Of a DNA stretch of 64,000 nt, positions 1 to 10,947 are shown piece by piece. Each line of letters opens with the position of its first letter. Position 1 is the stretch's first letter. Origin of the DNA: an uncultured Alphaproteobacteria bacterium (GTDB lineage: Bacteria; Pseudomonadota; Alphaproteobacteria; Sphingomonadales; Sphingomonadaceae); contig CAWJWR010000009.1 of the NCBI GenBank assembly GCA_963846645.1, positions 57,072 to 121,071 on the forward strand, given 5' to 3'. The translations under genes were made by a program, and so were the position numbers. Below the pieces are notes generated by a model. The model saw only the letters and a list, made by a program, of their open reading frames with translations. It made no database searches and had not been told where the DNA came from.

Positions 1-1613
1 CTGCAGGAGCGACACTGAGGGTTCGCGCGCGCCTGGCGCCGCCGCCACCGATGGCACTGCCTGGAACGCATGATTTCGCCCGGGACGCCTGGTTCAAGGG
101 GCTCGGCGCGGTCGGCCGTGCTTTGGGTGACGTCGAAGTCATCGAGCCGGCGACACCGAGCGGGCTCGATGCCCTCCGCAATCGTCTCGGCCGCCACATT
201 CGCGACCGACTGCCCGGTTCGGCCGGCAGTATCGCCAGCGCGCTTGCAACGGGTGATCAGGGGGCGGTCAGCGAGGAAGACGCAGAGGCGATGCGCCGGA
301 GCGGGCTTGCGCACCTGCTGTCGGTTAGCGGTCTGCATATTGCCGCGGTGGTCGGCGCGGCGATGCTCCTGACACTGAAGCTCCTGGCGCTGAGCGAACG
401 GCTCGCGCTCCGCTTCAACCTGGTGCTCGCCGCCGCAGGCGTGGGAGCACTCGCTGGCGTTGCCTACACATTGCTGACCGGTGCGCAGGTGCCGACAGTA
501 CGTAGCTGCATAGCCGCCTTGCTGGTGCTGGGCGGACTTGCGTTGGGTCGAGACGCCATCAGTCTTCGGCTGGTTGCGGTCGGTGCGCTCATCGTCCTGC
601 TGTTCAGGCCCGAAGCGCTCGCCGGACCAAGCTTCCAGTTCAGTTTCGCGGCCGTGACCGCGATCATCGCGCTCCATTCGTCGGCATGGGGCCGCCGTTT
701 GTTGGCGCGGCGCGATGAGGGAGTGATCGCCGGAGCCGGTCGCACCCTCCTGGGGATGATCCTCACCGGACTTGCGGTGGAGATCGCGCTGATGCCGTTC
801 GCCCTCTATCATTTTCACAAGGCCGGACTCTTCGGCGTCGCGGCGAACCTGGTAGGCATTCCCCTGACCACCTTCGTCATCATGCCACTGGAGGCGGCGG
901 CATTGTTCCTCGACCTCGGTGGTCTCGGCAGGCCATTCTGGTGGGCGGCGGGGCAGGCTCTCGACGGGCTGATCTGGATTGCCCATTTAGTGGCGAGCGC
1001 CAGGGGTGCGGTGACGACCTTGCCGTCCATGCCAGCCTGGGCCTTCGGATTGATGGTGCTTGGCAGCCTGTGGCTATGCATCTGGACCAGTCGCCTGAGA
1101 TTGTTGGGACTCGTACCGTTCGCGATCGGCGCGTTCGGGGCGTCCATGTCGCCGGTTCCGGATCTTCTCGTCACGGGCGACGGCCGGCATCTCGCGCTCG
1201 TTTCGTCCGAAGGCATGCCGATGATGCTCCGCGAGCGAACCGGCGACTTCATGCGGGACCTGATGAGCGAGGCGTCCGGCTTCGACGAGGAGCCCGGCCT
1301 GCTCGAAGCCGCACCCGGCAGCTCCTGCTCGCGCGACGCCTGCTTCGCCACCATGCAGCAGGGCGGCCGCGAATACAGAGTGCTCGCAACGCGGACCTCG
1401 ACCCGAATCGAATGGAAAGCGCTCGTGCAAGCCTGTGTCGAGGCCGACATTGTCGTGTCCGATCGATGGCTTCCCCGTGGCTGCAAACCACGATGGCTGA
1501 AGCTTGATCGGAAGGCGCTCGAGGGAACCGGCGGAATCGCAATTTACTTCGACGGAAAGCCAAGGGTCGAGACGGTCGCCGGGCGGTCGGGATCGCACCC
1601 GTGGGCAATGTGA
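1..1613 (+). CDS. comEC: ComEC/Rec2 family competence protein, 5' partial (N-terminus lies upstream of the window)
   Basis: ORF 51..1613 carries the ComEC competence-domain motif (SGLAHLLSVSGLHIAAVVG), many predicted TM helices and a degenerate C-terminal MBL-like region. 520 aa corresponds to the middle and C-terminal part of a ~750 aa ComEC, and the frame is open back to base 1. Confidence 0.75.
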   Translation, partial: AGATLRVRARLAPPPPMALPGTHDFARDAWFKGLGAVGRALGDVEVIEPATPSGLDALRNRLGRHIRDRLPGSAGSIASALATGDQGAVSEEDAEAMRRSGLAHLLSVSGLHIAAVVGAAMLLTLKLLALSERLALRFNLVLAAAGVGALAGVAYTLLTGAQVPTVRSCIAALLVLGGLALGRDAISLRLVAVGALIVLLFRPEALAGPSFQFSFAAVTAIIALHSSAWGRRLLARRDEGVIAGAGRTLLGMILTGLAVEIALMPFALYHFHKAGLFGVAANLVGIPLTTFVIMPLEAAALFLDLGGLGRPFWWAAGQALDGLIWIAHLVASARGAVTTLPSMPAWAFGLMVLGSLWLCIWTSRLRLLGLVPFAIGAFGASMSPVPDLLVTGDGRHLALVSSEGMPMMLRERTGDFMRDLMSEASGFDEEPGLLEAAPGSSCSRDACFATMQQGGREYRVLATRTSTRIEWKALVQACVEADIVVSDRWLPRGCKPRWLKLDRKALEGTGGIAIYFDGKPRVETVAGRSGSHPWAM

Positions 1614-1668
1614 CGGCCCGCAGCGGATAAGCTATGGCGCTCGTGGACGTCCTTTCGGGGGAAAGCGT

Positions 1669-2124
1669 GTGCGACAAGTCGTTCTGTTGCTGGCGATCTT
1701 CGCCGCCACTTGCCCTTCCGCGGCACAGCCGGTCGAAACCGCGGTTCAGGCGGAAAGGATGGTCACCACCCCGATCCTTCGAACCCGGCTGACGAGCTCG
1801 AACCAGTCGTTGAAGCTTCCTCAAGGCGATGCCGAACTGGTCGCGGTCGCCGTCGATATTCCCGCCGGTGGTGCGACTTCCATCCACCAACACCCCTGGT
1901 CCCGCTTTGCCTATGTCGAGAAGGGCGAGATTCGCGTTTTCAACCACGACACCGGCGAGTCTCGCGACTTCAAGCCGGGGGAGGTCCTGTCCGAAGCCGT
2001 GGGCCAATGGCACGAGGGTCGTGCAACCTCCGGCCCCGTTCGTCTGATCGTTTTCGATATCGTTCCGCCGGGTGTCACCAACACGGTCGCGAGACCGACC
2101 AACGACAATGAGAAGGGGAAGTGA
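1669..2124 (+). CDS. cupin domain-containing secreted protein
   Basis: GTG start preceded by GGGGGAAAG. N-terminal signal peptide (VVLLLAIFAATCPSAAQ). Cupin-type His motif (ATSIHQHPWSRFAYVEKGEIRVFNHDTGE...GQWHEG). Confidence 0.6.
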   Translation: MRQVVLLLAIFAATCPSAAQPVETAVQAERMVTTPILRTRLTSSNQSLKLPQGDAELVAVAVDIPAGGATSIHQHPWSRFAYVEKGEIRVFNHDTGESRDFKPGEVLSEAVGQWHEGRATSGPVRLIVFDIVPPGVTNTVARPTNDNEKGK

Positions 2125-2125
2125 A

Positions 2126-2398
2126 GTGCCGGAATATGTAATCGAGCGCGACATGCCGGGCGTAGGCTCTCTCGGCGCGAGCGATCTCAAGGGTGCCTCG
2201 CAGACCAGCTGTTCCGTGCTCCGCGAACTGGGCCCGGAGATTCAGTGGGTCCACAGCTACGTCACGGACGACAAAATCTACTGCATCTACCGGGCGCCCA
2301 ACGAGGACATGATCCGTGAGCACGCCCAGCGCGGCGGCTTTCCGGCAAACCGCGTCAGCCAGGTCCGGACCATGATCGATCCGACGACCGCCGAATAG
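2126..2398 (+). CDS. DUF4242 family protein
   Basis: MPEYVIERDMPGVG...DKIYCIYRAPNEDMIREHAQRGGFPANRV matches the DUF4242 fold. GTG start (2126) lies 5 nt after AGGGGA. Confidence 0.6.
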   Translation: MPEYVIERDMPGVGSLGASDLKGASQTSCSVLRELGPEIQWVHSYVTDDKIYCIYRAPNEDMIREHAQRGGFPANRVSQVRTMIDPTTAE

Positions 2399-2402
2399 GC
2401 GC

Positions 2403-3209
2403 TCAGAAGGCGGGGAGGCTTGCCGTGGCCAGGTCGCGAAGAAGCTTCGCGTCGGCTTCCGGCAGGTCGTCCGGCCTGTAACTGACGTCCGCGACGCTCT
2501 TCCCGGACAGCTGCGAGTAGATGACCAGCGCGGTCAAATAGGATCCGTGCAGGGTCGGATGGTTGCCGTCGGTCTCCAGCCGAAACGGTGGATTGGCGTT
2601 GAGAACCGATTGCCAGACTCGGCCGACATTCGCGAGCTGCGCTCCGGTCTCGCGCGACAGCCGGAAATGGTCGTTCTGGATCATCTGGTAATAGGCTGAG
2701 TGGGATCCAGGCCCAGCGGAGGCGAACAACTCCGGGGAATAATTCCAGCCGACGAACATGACCGGTCGCCCGCCTTTGTCCGCGACCGCCCGGACGAGCA
2801 GGGCGCCGTAATTGTGAAAGTCGTTCGATGCGTCGGAGTAATGGCCCGCGCTTCGTTCCTGCAGGACGACATCGTCCCATTCCTCCGCGAGCAGCTTCTG
2901 GACCTCGGGATCTTCCCAATGCTCGCGCAGCGACCGGCCGGGCAAAGCGTACATGCGGATCTGATATTTCTCGGCCGCGTCGGCGGAGTCGGCCATTTCG
3001 CGAACCATGTATGGCATGCCGTACGGGAAGGTCCGGCTGTTGCCGACGAACAGGATCGATCGCGCCGGACGCCTGTCGAAAGCATCCAGTGCACCAGCCG
3101 CGACTTCATGGGCGGGCTGGGTGTTGACGAAAGAGAACCACCCCAGACCGCCGAGCAGCAGGGTCAATACAAGGATTCGAAACGCGTGCACTATCGCCCC
3201 TCCGCCCAT
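2403..3209 (-). CDS. SGNH/GDSL-like hydrolase family protein with N-terminal membrane anchor
   Basis: 268 aa ORF with N-terminal hydrophobic segment (ILVLTLLLGGLGWF). FVGNSRT and GNHPT motifs resemble SGNH hydrolase blocks I and V. The family assignment is tentative. Confidence 0.45.
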   Translation of the reverse strand: MGGGAIVHAFRILVLTLLLGGLGWFSFVNTQPAHEVAAGALDAFDRRPARSILFVGNSRTFPYGMPYMVREMADSADAAEKYQIRMYALPGRSLREHWEDPEVQKLLAEEWDDVVLQERSAGHYSDASNDFHNYGALLVRAVADKGGRPVMFVGWNYSPELFASAGPGSHSAYYQMIQNDHFRLSRETGAQLANVGRVWQSVLNANPPFRLETDGNHPTLHGSYLTALVIYSQLSGKSVADVSYRPDDLPEADAKLLRDLATASLPAF

Positions 3210-3291
3210 CAGCGGGCTTTGAGGTACGCCATAAAGCGATGAGAACTAAACTACCGTTTACCGGTCGATAGCGCCGATCGGTCCGCCCGAA

Positions 3292-3639
3292 TCACCCTGC
3301 GGATTGCCAAACCGCCAGTTCGCTTCCGGAAGGATCGATGAACTGGAAGCGGCGGCCTCCAGGAAAGGAGAAGATCGGTTTGGCGATGACGCCGCCCGCC
3401 TTCGTGACGGCATCCAGGGCCGCTTCGAGATCGTCGACGCGGATGACGGGTAGGGGAGCCGCAAGCGCTTCCTCAGGCTGTCCGTTCAAGCCGACGTCGA
3501 CGTCGCCGGTCGTCATGGCCGAATAGTCCGCCCCATATTCGGTGAAGGTCCACCCGAAGGCCTTTGAGTAAAACCCCCGCGTAAGCTCGTGCGCGGTCGC
3601 ACTAGGTAACTCGATATAGTCGATGCGTGCGTCGGCCAC
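3292..3639 (-). CDS. VOC (glyoxalase/bleomycin resistance/dioxygenase) family protein
   Basis: 115 aa. Typical VOC single-domain sequence (IDYIELPSATAHELTRGFYSKAFGWTF...GGRRFQFIDPSGSELAVWQ). Confidence 0.7.
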   Translation of the reverse strand: MADARIDYIELPSATAHELTRGFYSKAFGWTFTEYGADYSAMTTGDVDVGLNGQPEEALAAPLPVIRVDDLEAALDAVTKAGGVIAKPIFSFPGGRRFQFIDPSGSELAVWQSAG

Positions 3640-3640
3640 G

Positions 3641-4288
3641 TCAGTAGCGGCGGATCAGACCGGCAAGCCGTCCCTGGATGCTCACGCGGCTTTCGTCGTA
3701 GCGCTGCGCTTCGTAGCGGGCGTTCGCGGGGTCGAGCCGGACGGTCCGCCCTTCGCGGCGATAGGTCTTGAGGGTCGCTTCCTCATTGTCGATCAGCGCC
3801 ACGACGATCTCACCGTCGCGAGCCGTGTCGACCTTGCGGATCAAAGCGAAGTCGCCGTCGAGGATGCCTTCCTCGACCATCGAGTCTCCGGACACTTCCA
3901 AGGCGTAATGTTCGCCAGGTCCGAGGAGCGCGGCGGGAACGGCAAAGCCTTCGGTACCTTGCAGCGCCTCGATCGGCGTGCCGGCCGCGATACGGCCATG
4001 CATGGGTATCTCGATGGTGTCGTTCGCGGCAGCAGGAATCACTGGACGGGGAGCCGACGCTGACGGCGCGGCGGAGTCCGGCAGCTTGAGCACCTCGAGC
4101 GCGCGAGCCCTGTTCGGAAGCCGCCGGATGAACCCGCGTTCCTCGAGCGCCGAGATCAGGCGATGGACGCCGGACTTGGACTTGAGATCCAGGGCCTCGC
4201 GCATTTCGTCGAAGCTCGGCGACACGCCCGAATCGTTCAGGCGCTTGTTGATGAACAGGAGCAGTTCGTGCTGCTTGACGGTAAGCAT
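3641..4288 (-). CDS. lexA: LexA repressor (SOS transcriptional repressor / S24 autopeptidase)
   Basis: N-terminal wHTH ([32 protein letters not shown]), Ala-Gly cleavage region and S24 peptidase motifs (GDSM...DGD...[14 protein letters not shown]). Its own LexA box lies 20 bp upstream. Confidence 0.95.
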   Translation of the reverse strand: MLTVKQHELLLFINKRLNDSGVSPSFDEMREALDLKSKSGVHRLISALEERGFIRRLPNRARALEVLKLPDSAAPSASAPRPVIPAAANDTIEIPMHGRIAAGTPIEALQGTEGFAVPAALLGPGEHYALEVSGDSMVEEGILDGDFALIRKVDTARDGEIVVALIDNEEATLKTYRREGRTVRLDPANARYEAQRYDESRVSIQGRLAGLIRRY

Positions 4289-4307
4289 CGCGCGGCATTC
4301 CCCCGAA

Positions 4308-4322
4308 GAACAGACGGGGAAC
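4308..4322. promoter_or_regulatory. LexA operator, alphaproteobacterial type (GAAC-N7-GAAC on + strand, i.e. GTTC-N7-GTTC in lexA orientation)
   Basis: Sequence GAACAGACGGGGAAC sits immediately upstream of the lexA start codon (4288, minus strand). Confidence 0.7.
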
Positions 4323-4360
4323 GTGTAGGCAACAAAATGAATCGCGTCAAGCGCCGGTAA

Positions 4361-6297
4361 TTAGCTGCCGCTGCCGGTGATCTTGGCCTTGGACGTCGCA
4401 ATCGCCTTGTCGTCGCGCTTCACGCCGACCGTCTGGCGCATCGCGCTCATCAATTGGGCGCCATATTCCTGCGACAGCGACTGCTGCATTTCCTGCTGCG
4501 TCCTTGCGATAAGCTGGGGCTGGTTCAACGCATTGCCGGGAATGATCCGCTTCACCTTTACGACGTAGTAGCCTTCGCCCTTGCTGCCGGCGACCATCCG
4601 CGTCTTGCCCTGGCCGAGGCTGAACAGCATTGCGATCGGCGGCGGGACCTGCCCCTGGAACTGGCTGAGCTGGATGCGCCGCCCGCCGATCGGTCCGACC
4701 TGAACAGGTACAGGAGCTCCCTTGGCCGCATCGGCCAGCGCGGCCGTCTGCCCCTTGCTGGCGATGCTCTGCGCAAGCTGGCGCGCGCGCTGGCTCGCCT
4801 GGTCGGCGATCCAGTCTTGGGCAACCCGATCACGAATGCTCTGCAAGGGCGCAGGCGCAGCGGCGATGACGCGGGCAGGGGCGACCATGACGTAACCGCC
4901 GTCGTTCGGCAGAGCCTCGACCAGCGGCGGCTCGTTTTCGGCAAGCTCGAAACCAGTCTTCAATGCGGGTCCCAAATCGGCTGGGAAGCGATAGGCCGGG
5001 TCAGACTGCGAGGTTCCGGTGGCGGTGATGAGCGGGGTCTCGGTAACGCTCAGTTTGGCCGCGGCCGCGGCTTCCTGGAAGCTTGCGCCCTCATCGATGG
5101 AGTTCTGCACGGTGTCGACCACGGCTTCTATGGCCTGCTTGCGCTTGTCGACCGCGAGCTTCGCGGAAATTTCTGCACGCGCTGCCGCGAGGTCCCGCCC
5201 ACCGGTTCGCTCGATGCTTTCGATCTTGATGACGTGCCAGCCATTTTCCGACTGGATCGGTCCGACGATCGCGCCTTGGGCGGCGCCCCAGGCAGCAGCG
5301 GCAATTCGCGCATTGGTGACGGATGTGAATTGCTCGCGCGTTTGCGCGCCGAGGGAAATGTCCGCCGCGCTGAAGCCCGCCGGCGCGGCCGCGGCCGCGA
5401 AGGCCTGGCCTCCGCGGATGCGCTGGACGATTGCGTTCGCCGCTGCCTGGTCGGGCACAACCGCCTGCGTGATTACGCGCGTTTCCTTGGACGCGTAGGC
5501 CGCCTTGTTGGCATTGTAATAGTCGGCGATTTCCTTCTCGCTCGGCTGGACGTTCGCGACCTGCTCCGGGCCGATCTTGGCGACGCGAAGGACGCGCTGC
5601 TCCGGAAGCATGTAGCGGCGCTGGTTGGCCGCGTAGAAGCGCTGGATGTCCGCCGGGGTCGGATTGAGCCCGGCGCGGAAGGCCTCGGTCGGCACGAACG
5701 CCACGTCGCCTTCGCGAGCCTCAAGCAGGATCGAAGCATAGGGACGCGCCATGCCGACGGGCGCCCGCGCGTTCGACCACCGCAGGCGCGATCATCAACT
5801 GCTGGAGGAGGCCGTTGCGAATGATCCAGCGGACCTCCTCATCGGTCACCCGCTGCTGCTGCAGGAAGGCGCGGTAGGATTGCTCGCTGAATTGTCCGTT
5901 CAGGCCCTTGGCCGCCGGAATGTTCGCGATCTGCCCGTCGACGAGACGCTTCGAAAGGTTGAATCCGAACTTGCTTGCAAAGGCCTCGAGAGTTCTCGGC
6001 ATCGACCAGCGCGCTCAGCAACTGGTCGAAATCACCGGCGATGGCGGACATGTCCGCTTCGGGATTTTCCTGCCGCGCCTCGGACAGCCTTCGGTCCATC
6101 GCGCGGCTGATGTCGCGGTCCGTGACCTCCCGGGACCCGACCTTGACGAGCGAATCGCTGCTGCCGCTAAATCCGCCGCCGGAGAGGACGTTCTGGATGT
6201 CGCCGATCGCGAAGGAAGCGACGATGGCGGCGAGGAAAAGCGCCAGAACGACGGTGCCGACGGTCGATTTCGACAGCCGGCGGATGAAAGCAAACAT
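4361..6297 (-). CDS. ppiD: periplasmic chaperone / peptidyl-prolyl cis-trans isomerase PpiD; two apparent frameshifts (~5750, ~5990)
   Basis: Three consecutive minus-strand ORFs (5839..6297, 5721..6002, 4361..5752) tile one PpiD-like protein. N-terminal TM anchor (MFAFIRRLSKSTVGTVVLALFLAAIVASFAIGD), then SurA-like chaperone and PPIase regions. Confidence 0.7.
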
Positions 6298-6418
6298 TGA
6301 GGTCTCGCGAAGCCGATGTGGACAGCCGCTTTAGGTTCCGCTTTCCCGACCATCAAGCGCCGCTTCCAACAGACGCCTCGCGACGCTAACGGCCACGGAG
6401 TTCGAAAAAGGATGTTCG

Positions 6419-7134
6419 ATGGCGCTCCGCAAATATGTCGTTGGAAACTGGAAGATGCACGGGGTCGCGGCGGACATCGCCGAGATCCGGGCCATTGCAG
6501 ACGGCGCCAAGGCGTTTCCCGAAGTCGATGTCGCGCTTTGCCTGCCGTCCATCCTGATCGAGCGCGCCGCACGGGCGGTCCCGGACCTCCCGATCGGTGC
6601 GCAGGACGTCCACTTCGCCGAGAAGGGGGCCCACACCGGAAACATCTCTACGATCATGCTCCAAGATGCCGGAGCGAGCCTGACCCTCGTCGGCCACTCC
6701 GAGCGGCGCGAAGGTCATCACGAGAGCGACGAAGTCGTGCGGTGAAGGCAGAGGCCGCGCTGGCCGCGGGCCTGTCCGTCATTCTCTGCATCGGCGAGAG
6801 CATTGCTGTCCGCGAAGCCGGGGAGGCCGTGCGGACCGTCGAGGCACAGCTCGATGCATCCCTGCCACAAGGGGACGGGGGAGCCGCCGGCATCCCCGCA
6901 AACTTCGCCATCGCCTACGAGCCGATCTGGGCCATCGGAACGGGCAAGGTCGCATCGCCCGCCGACATAGCCGAGATGCACGATTCCCTGCGCGGCCGAC
7001 TCGTGGCCGCTTATGGCGATGCCGGGAACCAGGTGCGCATCCTCTACGGCGGTTCGGTCAACGCCTCGAACGCCGCGGAGATCTTCGCGGTCGAGAATGT
7101 CGATGGCGCTCTGGTCGGCGGCGCGAAGTCTTAG
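6419..7134 (+). CDS. tpiA: triose-phosphate isomerase; apparent frameshift ~6740
   Basis: N-terminus YVVGNWKMHG...LVGHSERR in ORF 6419..6745. C-terminus ...IAYEPIWAIGTGKVASP...ILYGGSVN... in frame 6316..7134. Confidence 0.85.
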
Positions 7135-7247
7135 CGCTGAAAAGTTCTTGCCGATCGTGGAAGCCGCGGCATCAATTTGATTTGCCCGTTCAGCCTGCGA
7201 TCAGCGCGCTGATCCTATAACGTCCTCAACACTTGGGAAAGGAGACC

Positions 7248-7742
7248 ATGAGACTCTTAATTGCACCAATCGCGCTCGCGGCGATGACCATCGCCACGCC
7301 GTCGACCGCTCAGACCGCTGGAATGCAGGTTGTAGATACGACTGGCGGTGCCGTCGGAACCGTCGTCAGCGTCAGCGGCGACAATGTCGTCATCAAGACC
7401 GACAAACACCAGGTCGCGCTTCCGAAGACCAGTTTCACCGCTCACGAGGGCAAGCTGTTGTTTGGGATGACCCAGGCGCAGCTTAATGCGGAAACCGAAA
7501 AGAGCCTTGCGGCCGCCGCGGCGTCGATTGCCGCCGGTGCCACCGTTAAGGGTTCTGCCGGCGCCGTCGTCGGGACCATCGACACGCTCGATGCGGATTC
7601 AGTCACGATCAAGCTGCAGTCGGGCTCGCTGATCCGCGTTCCGCGTTCGGGCGTGGCGGCAGGAGGAGACGGAGTCGTCGTCGGCCTGACCGCCGAAGAG
7701 CTCGAGGCCCAGGCCTCCGCGAGCGCTGCACCGGCCGAGTGA
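7248..7742 (+). CDS. hypothetical secreted protein (Ala/Gly/Val-rich)
   Basis: AGGAGA RBS 5 nt before ATG. Signal peptide MRLLIAPIALAAMTIATPSTAQT. No recognisable domain. Confidence 0.5.
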   Translation: MRLLIAPIALAAMTIATPSTAQTAGMQVVDTTGGAVGTVVSVSGDNVVIKTDKHQVALPKTSFTAHEGKLLFGMTQAQLNAETEKSLAAAAASIAAGATVKGSAGAVVGTIDTLDADSVTIKLQSGSLIRVPRSGVAAGGDGVVVGLTAEELEAQASASAAPAE

Positions 7743-7811
7743 TTTCGCCCAGCCGTTGAAACGGCGGCCATCGACAGCTAGATGGCCGCCGTACCTTCCG
7801 AAAAGGCTGTC

Positions 7812-8177
7812 ATGTTCAAATTCCTTCTGATCGTTCAGACGCTCGTTGCCGCATCGCTGGTCGGCGTCATCCTGATGCAGCGTTCGGAAGGCGGCGGCCT
7901 CGGCGTCGGCGGAAGCTCTTCCGGCTTCATGACGGCGCGCGGCGCGGCCGATTTCCTCACCCGCGCGACCGCGGTCCTGGGTGCCACGTTCGTCATTCTG
8001 TCGATCGTCCTTGCGGCCATCGCCGGAACTGCGCGCGAGCCGATCCAGGTCGATACGTCGCTCGCGAATCAGGTTGCCCCCGCGGCGCCGGCCCAGACTC
8101 AGCCGGCCCCAGGCGCCCAGCCGCAGCAGCAGCCGGCGGCTCCAGCCCAGAACGACGCCGTTCCGCTCGCCCAGTAG
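7812..8177 (+). CDS. secG: preprotein translocase subunit SecG
   Basis: MFKFLLIVQTLVAASLVGVILMQRSEGGGLG...; two TM helices with a Gly-rich loop; Pro/Ala/Gln-rich tail. Conserved tpiA-secG-pyrG order. Confidence 0.85.
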   Translation: MFKFLLIVQTLVAASLVGVILMQRSEGGGLGVGGSSSGFMTARGAADFLTRATAVLGATFVILSIVLAAIAGTAREPIQVDTSLANQVAPAAPAQTQPAPGAQPQQQPAAPAQNDAVPLAQ

Positions 8178-8237
8178 CGGCAGCGTAATCACTTTTTTTC
8201 GCACGCCGGGTTGCGCGTGCGACGCCTTCACCCCTAA

Positions 8238-9885
<1,648 letters not shown>

Positions 9886-9971
9886 CACCCCCGCCAGCGC
9901 TCACTGTTTGGCTGGTCCCAAGCGCCAATTTTTGCTAATATCGCCGCCGTTCTCAAAAGAGGAGAACTGGC

Positions 9972-10154
9972 ATGCGTCGTATCGTCGTGCTTGCTTTCGC
10001 CGTTCTTGTCCTCGGCAACAGCGCCGCACCCGTTTGCGGCCGGTGGGTCCCGCAAACCAACGGCACCAAGTGGCGGGTTTGCACCGACGGGCAAAACGTC
10101 CGTTTCTGCGAGCTAAAAGCGGGTAGCAAGATCACGCGTTTCGCTTGCGACTAA
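9972..10154 (+). CDS. small secreted Cys-rich peptide (60 aa precursor; ~41 aa mature, 4 Cys)
   Basis: Strong RBS AGAGGAGAA 6 nt upstream of ATG. Signal peptide MRRIVVLAFAVLVLGNSAA. Mature part PVCGRW...VCTDG...FCELK...FACD. Codon usage is lower-GC than the flanks. No known family. Confidence 0.4.
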   Translation: MRRIVVLAFAVLVLGNSAAPVCGRWVPQTNGTKWRVCTDGQNVRFCELKAGSKITRFACD

Positions 10155-10335
10155 CCGCAAGCGGAACCTTCAGGTAGCAGGATTCCGCTGCGCGCACGGC
10201 AGCGGGGAGGGGTGTTGTAGCCGCTCATGCAGTCGCGGCGCTCGTCCAATGGATTCCGTTACAACATCGAAATGACTTGCCAATGTCTAACAATGGGTAT
10301 TGGCTTCCCGGCTTCCTGAAATGGGGAGGCAAATC

Positions 10336-10845
10336 GTGAAAACCTTATCCGCCATTCCGGCCAGCATCGCACTTGTCCTCTCGCTCGCCGCTTGCGACCG
10401 CGCCGCGGCTCCTGCCGAGGCCAATGCCGCCGCTGCCGAAACCTCGACCGCCGATGCGGAAGCCGTCAAGCAAGCCTTTTCGAAATTCAATGCGGACATC
10501 GCAGCGAGGAATGTGGAAGCGATTACCGCGCATTATGCCGACGACGCGGTCATGATGATTCCCAACCAGGCTCCGTTCCAGGGTAAGGAGGCGATCGCGG
10601 CAGACTACAAGGCTTACGCCGCCGATCCTGCCGGTAAATATGTATCCGGCGCGGAGACGACGGAAGTCTCTGCAGACGGCACCGTGGCTTTTGGCGAGGT
10701 GAACTATCAGAGCACCTTCACCAATCCGAAGACCAAGGTCGTAGAGACGTCTGACCGTTATAATCTGACGGTCTACAAGAAGCAGGCTGACGGAAGCTGG
10801 AAGGTTGTTCGGGACGTCAACGTTCCCCTGCCCAAGGCTGGCTGA
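10336..10845 (+). CDS. SnoaL-like/DUF4440 (NTF2-fold) lipoprotein
   Basis: GTG start 6 nt after GGGGAGG (alternative ATG at 10321). Lipobox LSLAAC. NTF2-like body (AITAHYADDAVMMIPNQAPFQGKEAIAADY...). Confidence 0.6.
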   Translation: MKTLSAIPASIALVLSLAACDRAAAPAEANAAAAETSTADAEAVKQAFSKFNADIAARNVEAITAHYADDAVMMIPNQAPFQGKEAIAADYKAYAADPAGKYVSGAETTEVSADGTVAFGEVNYQSTFTNPKTKVVETSDRYNLTVYKKQADGSWKVVRDVNVPLPKAG

Positions 10846-10947
10846 TCGAATCCTTGCCCTGGAGCGTGTTTCGCGCTTCAGGGCCGCACTTCATCGGGAG
10901 AATCGCGCACCGTTGCAGCAGCGATTAACCGTCCCTAATTGCCTGCA

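Noticed and set aside
8160-8192. Rho-independent terminator after secG (CCGCT-loop-AGCGG before the T-run).
   Set aside because: The stem is only 5 bp, lies 11 nt from the T-tract and is weak. The T-tract plus downstream hairpin is instead reported as a possible pyrG leader element.
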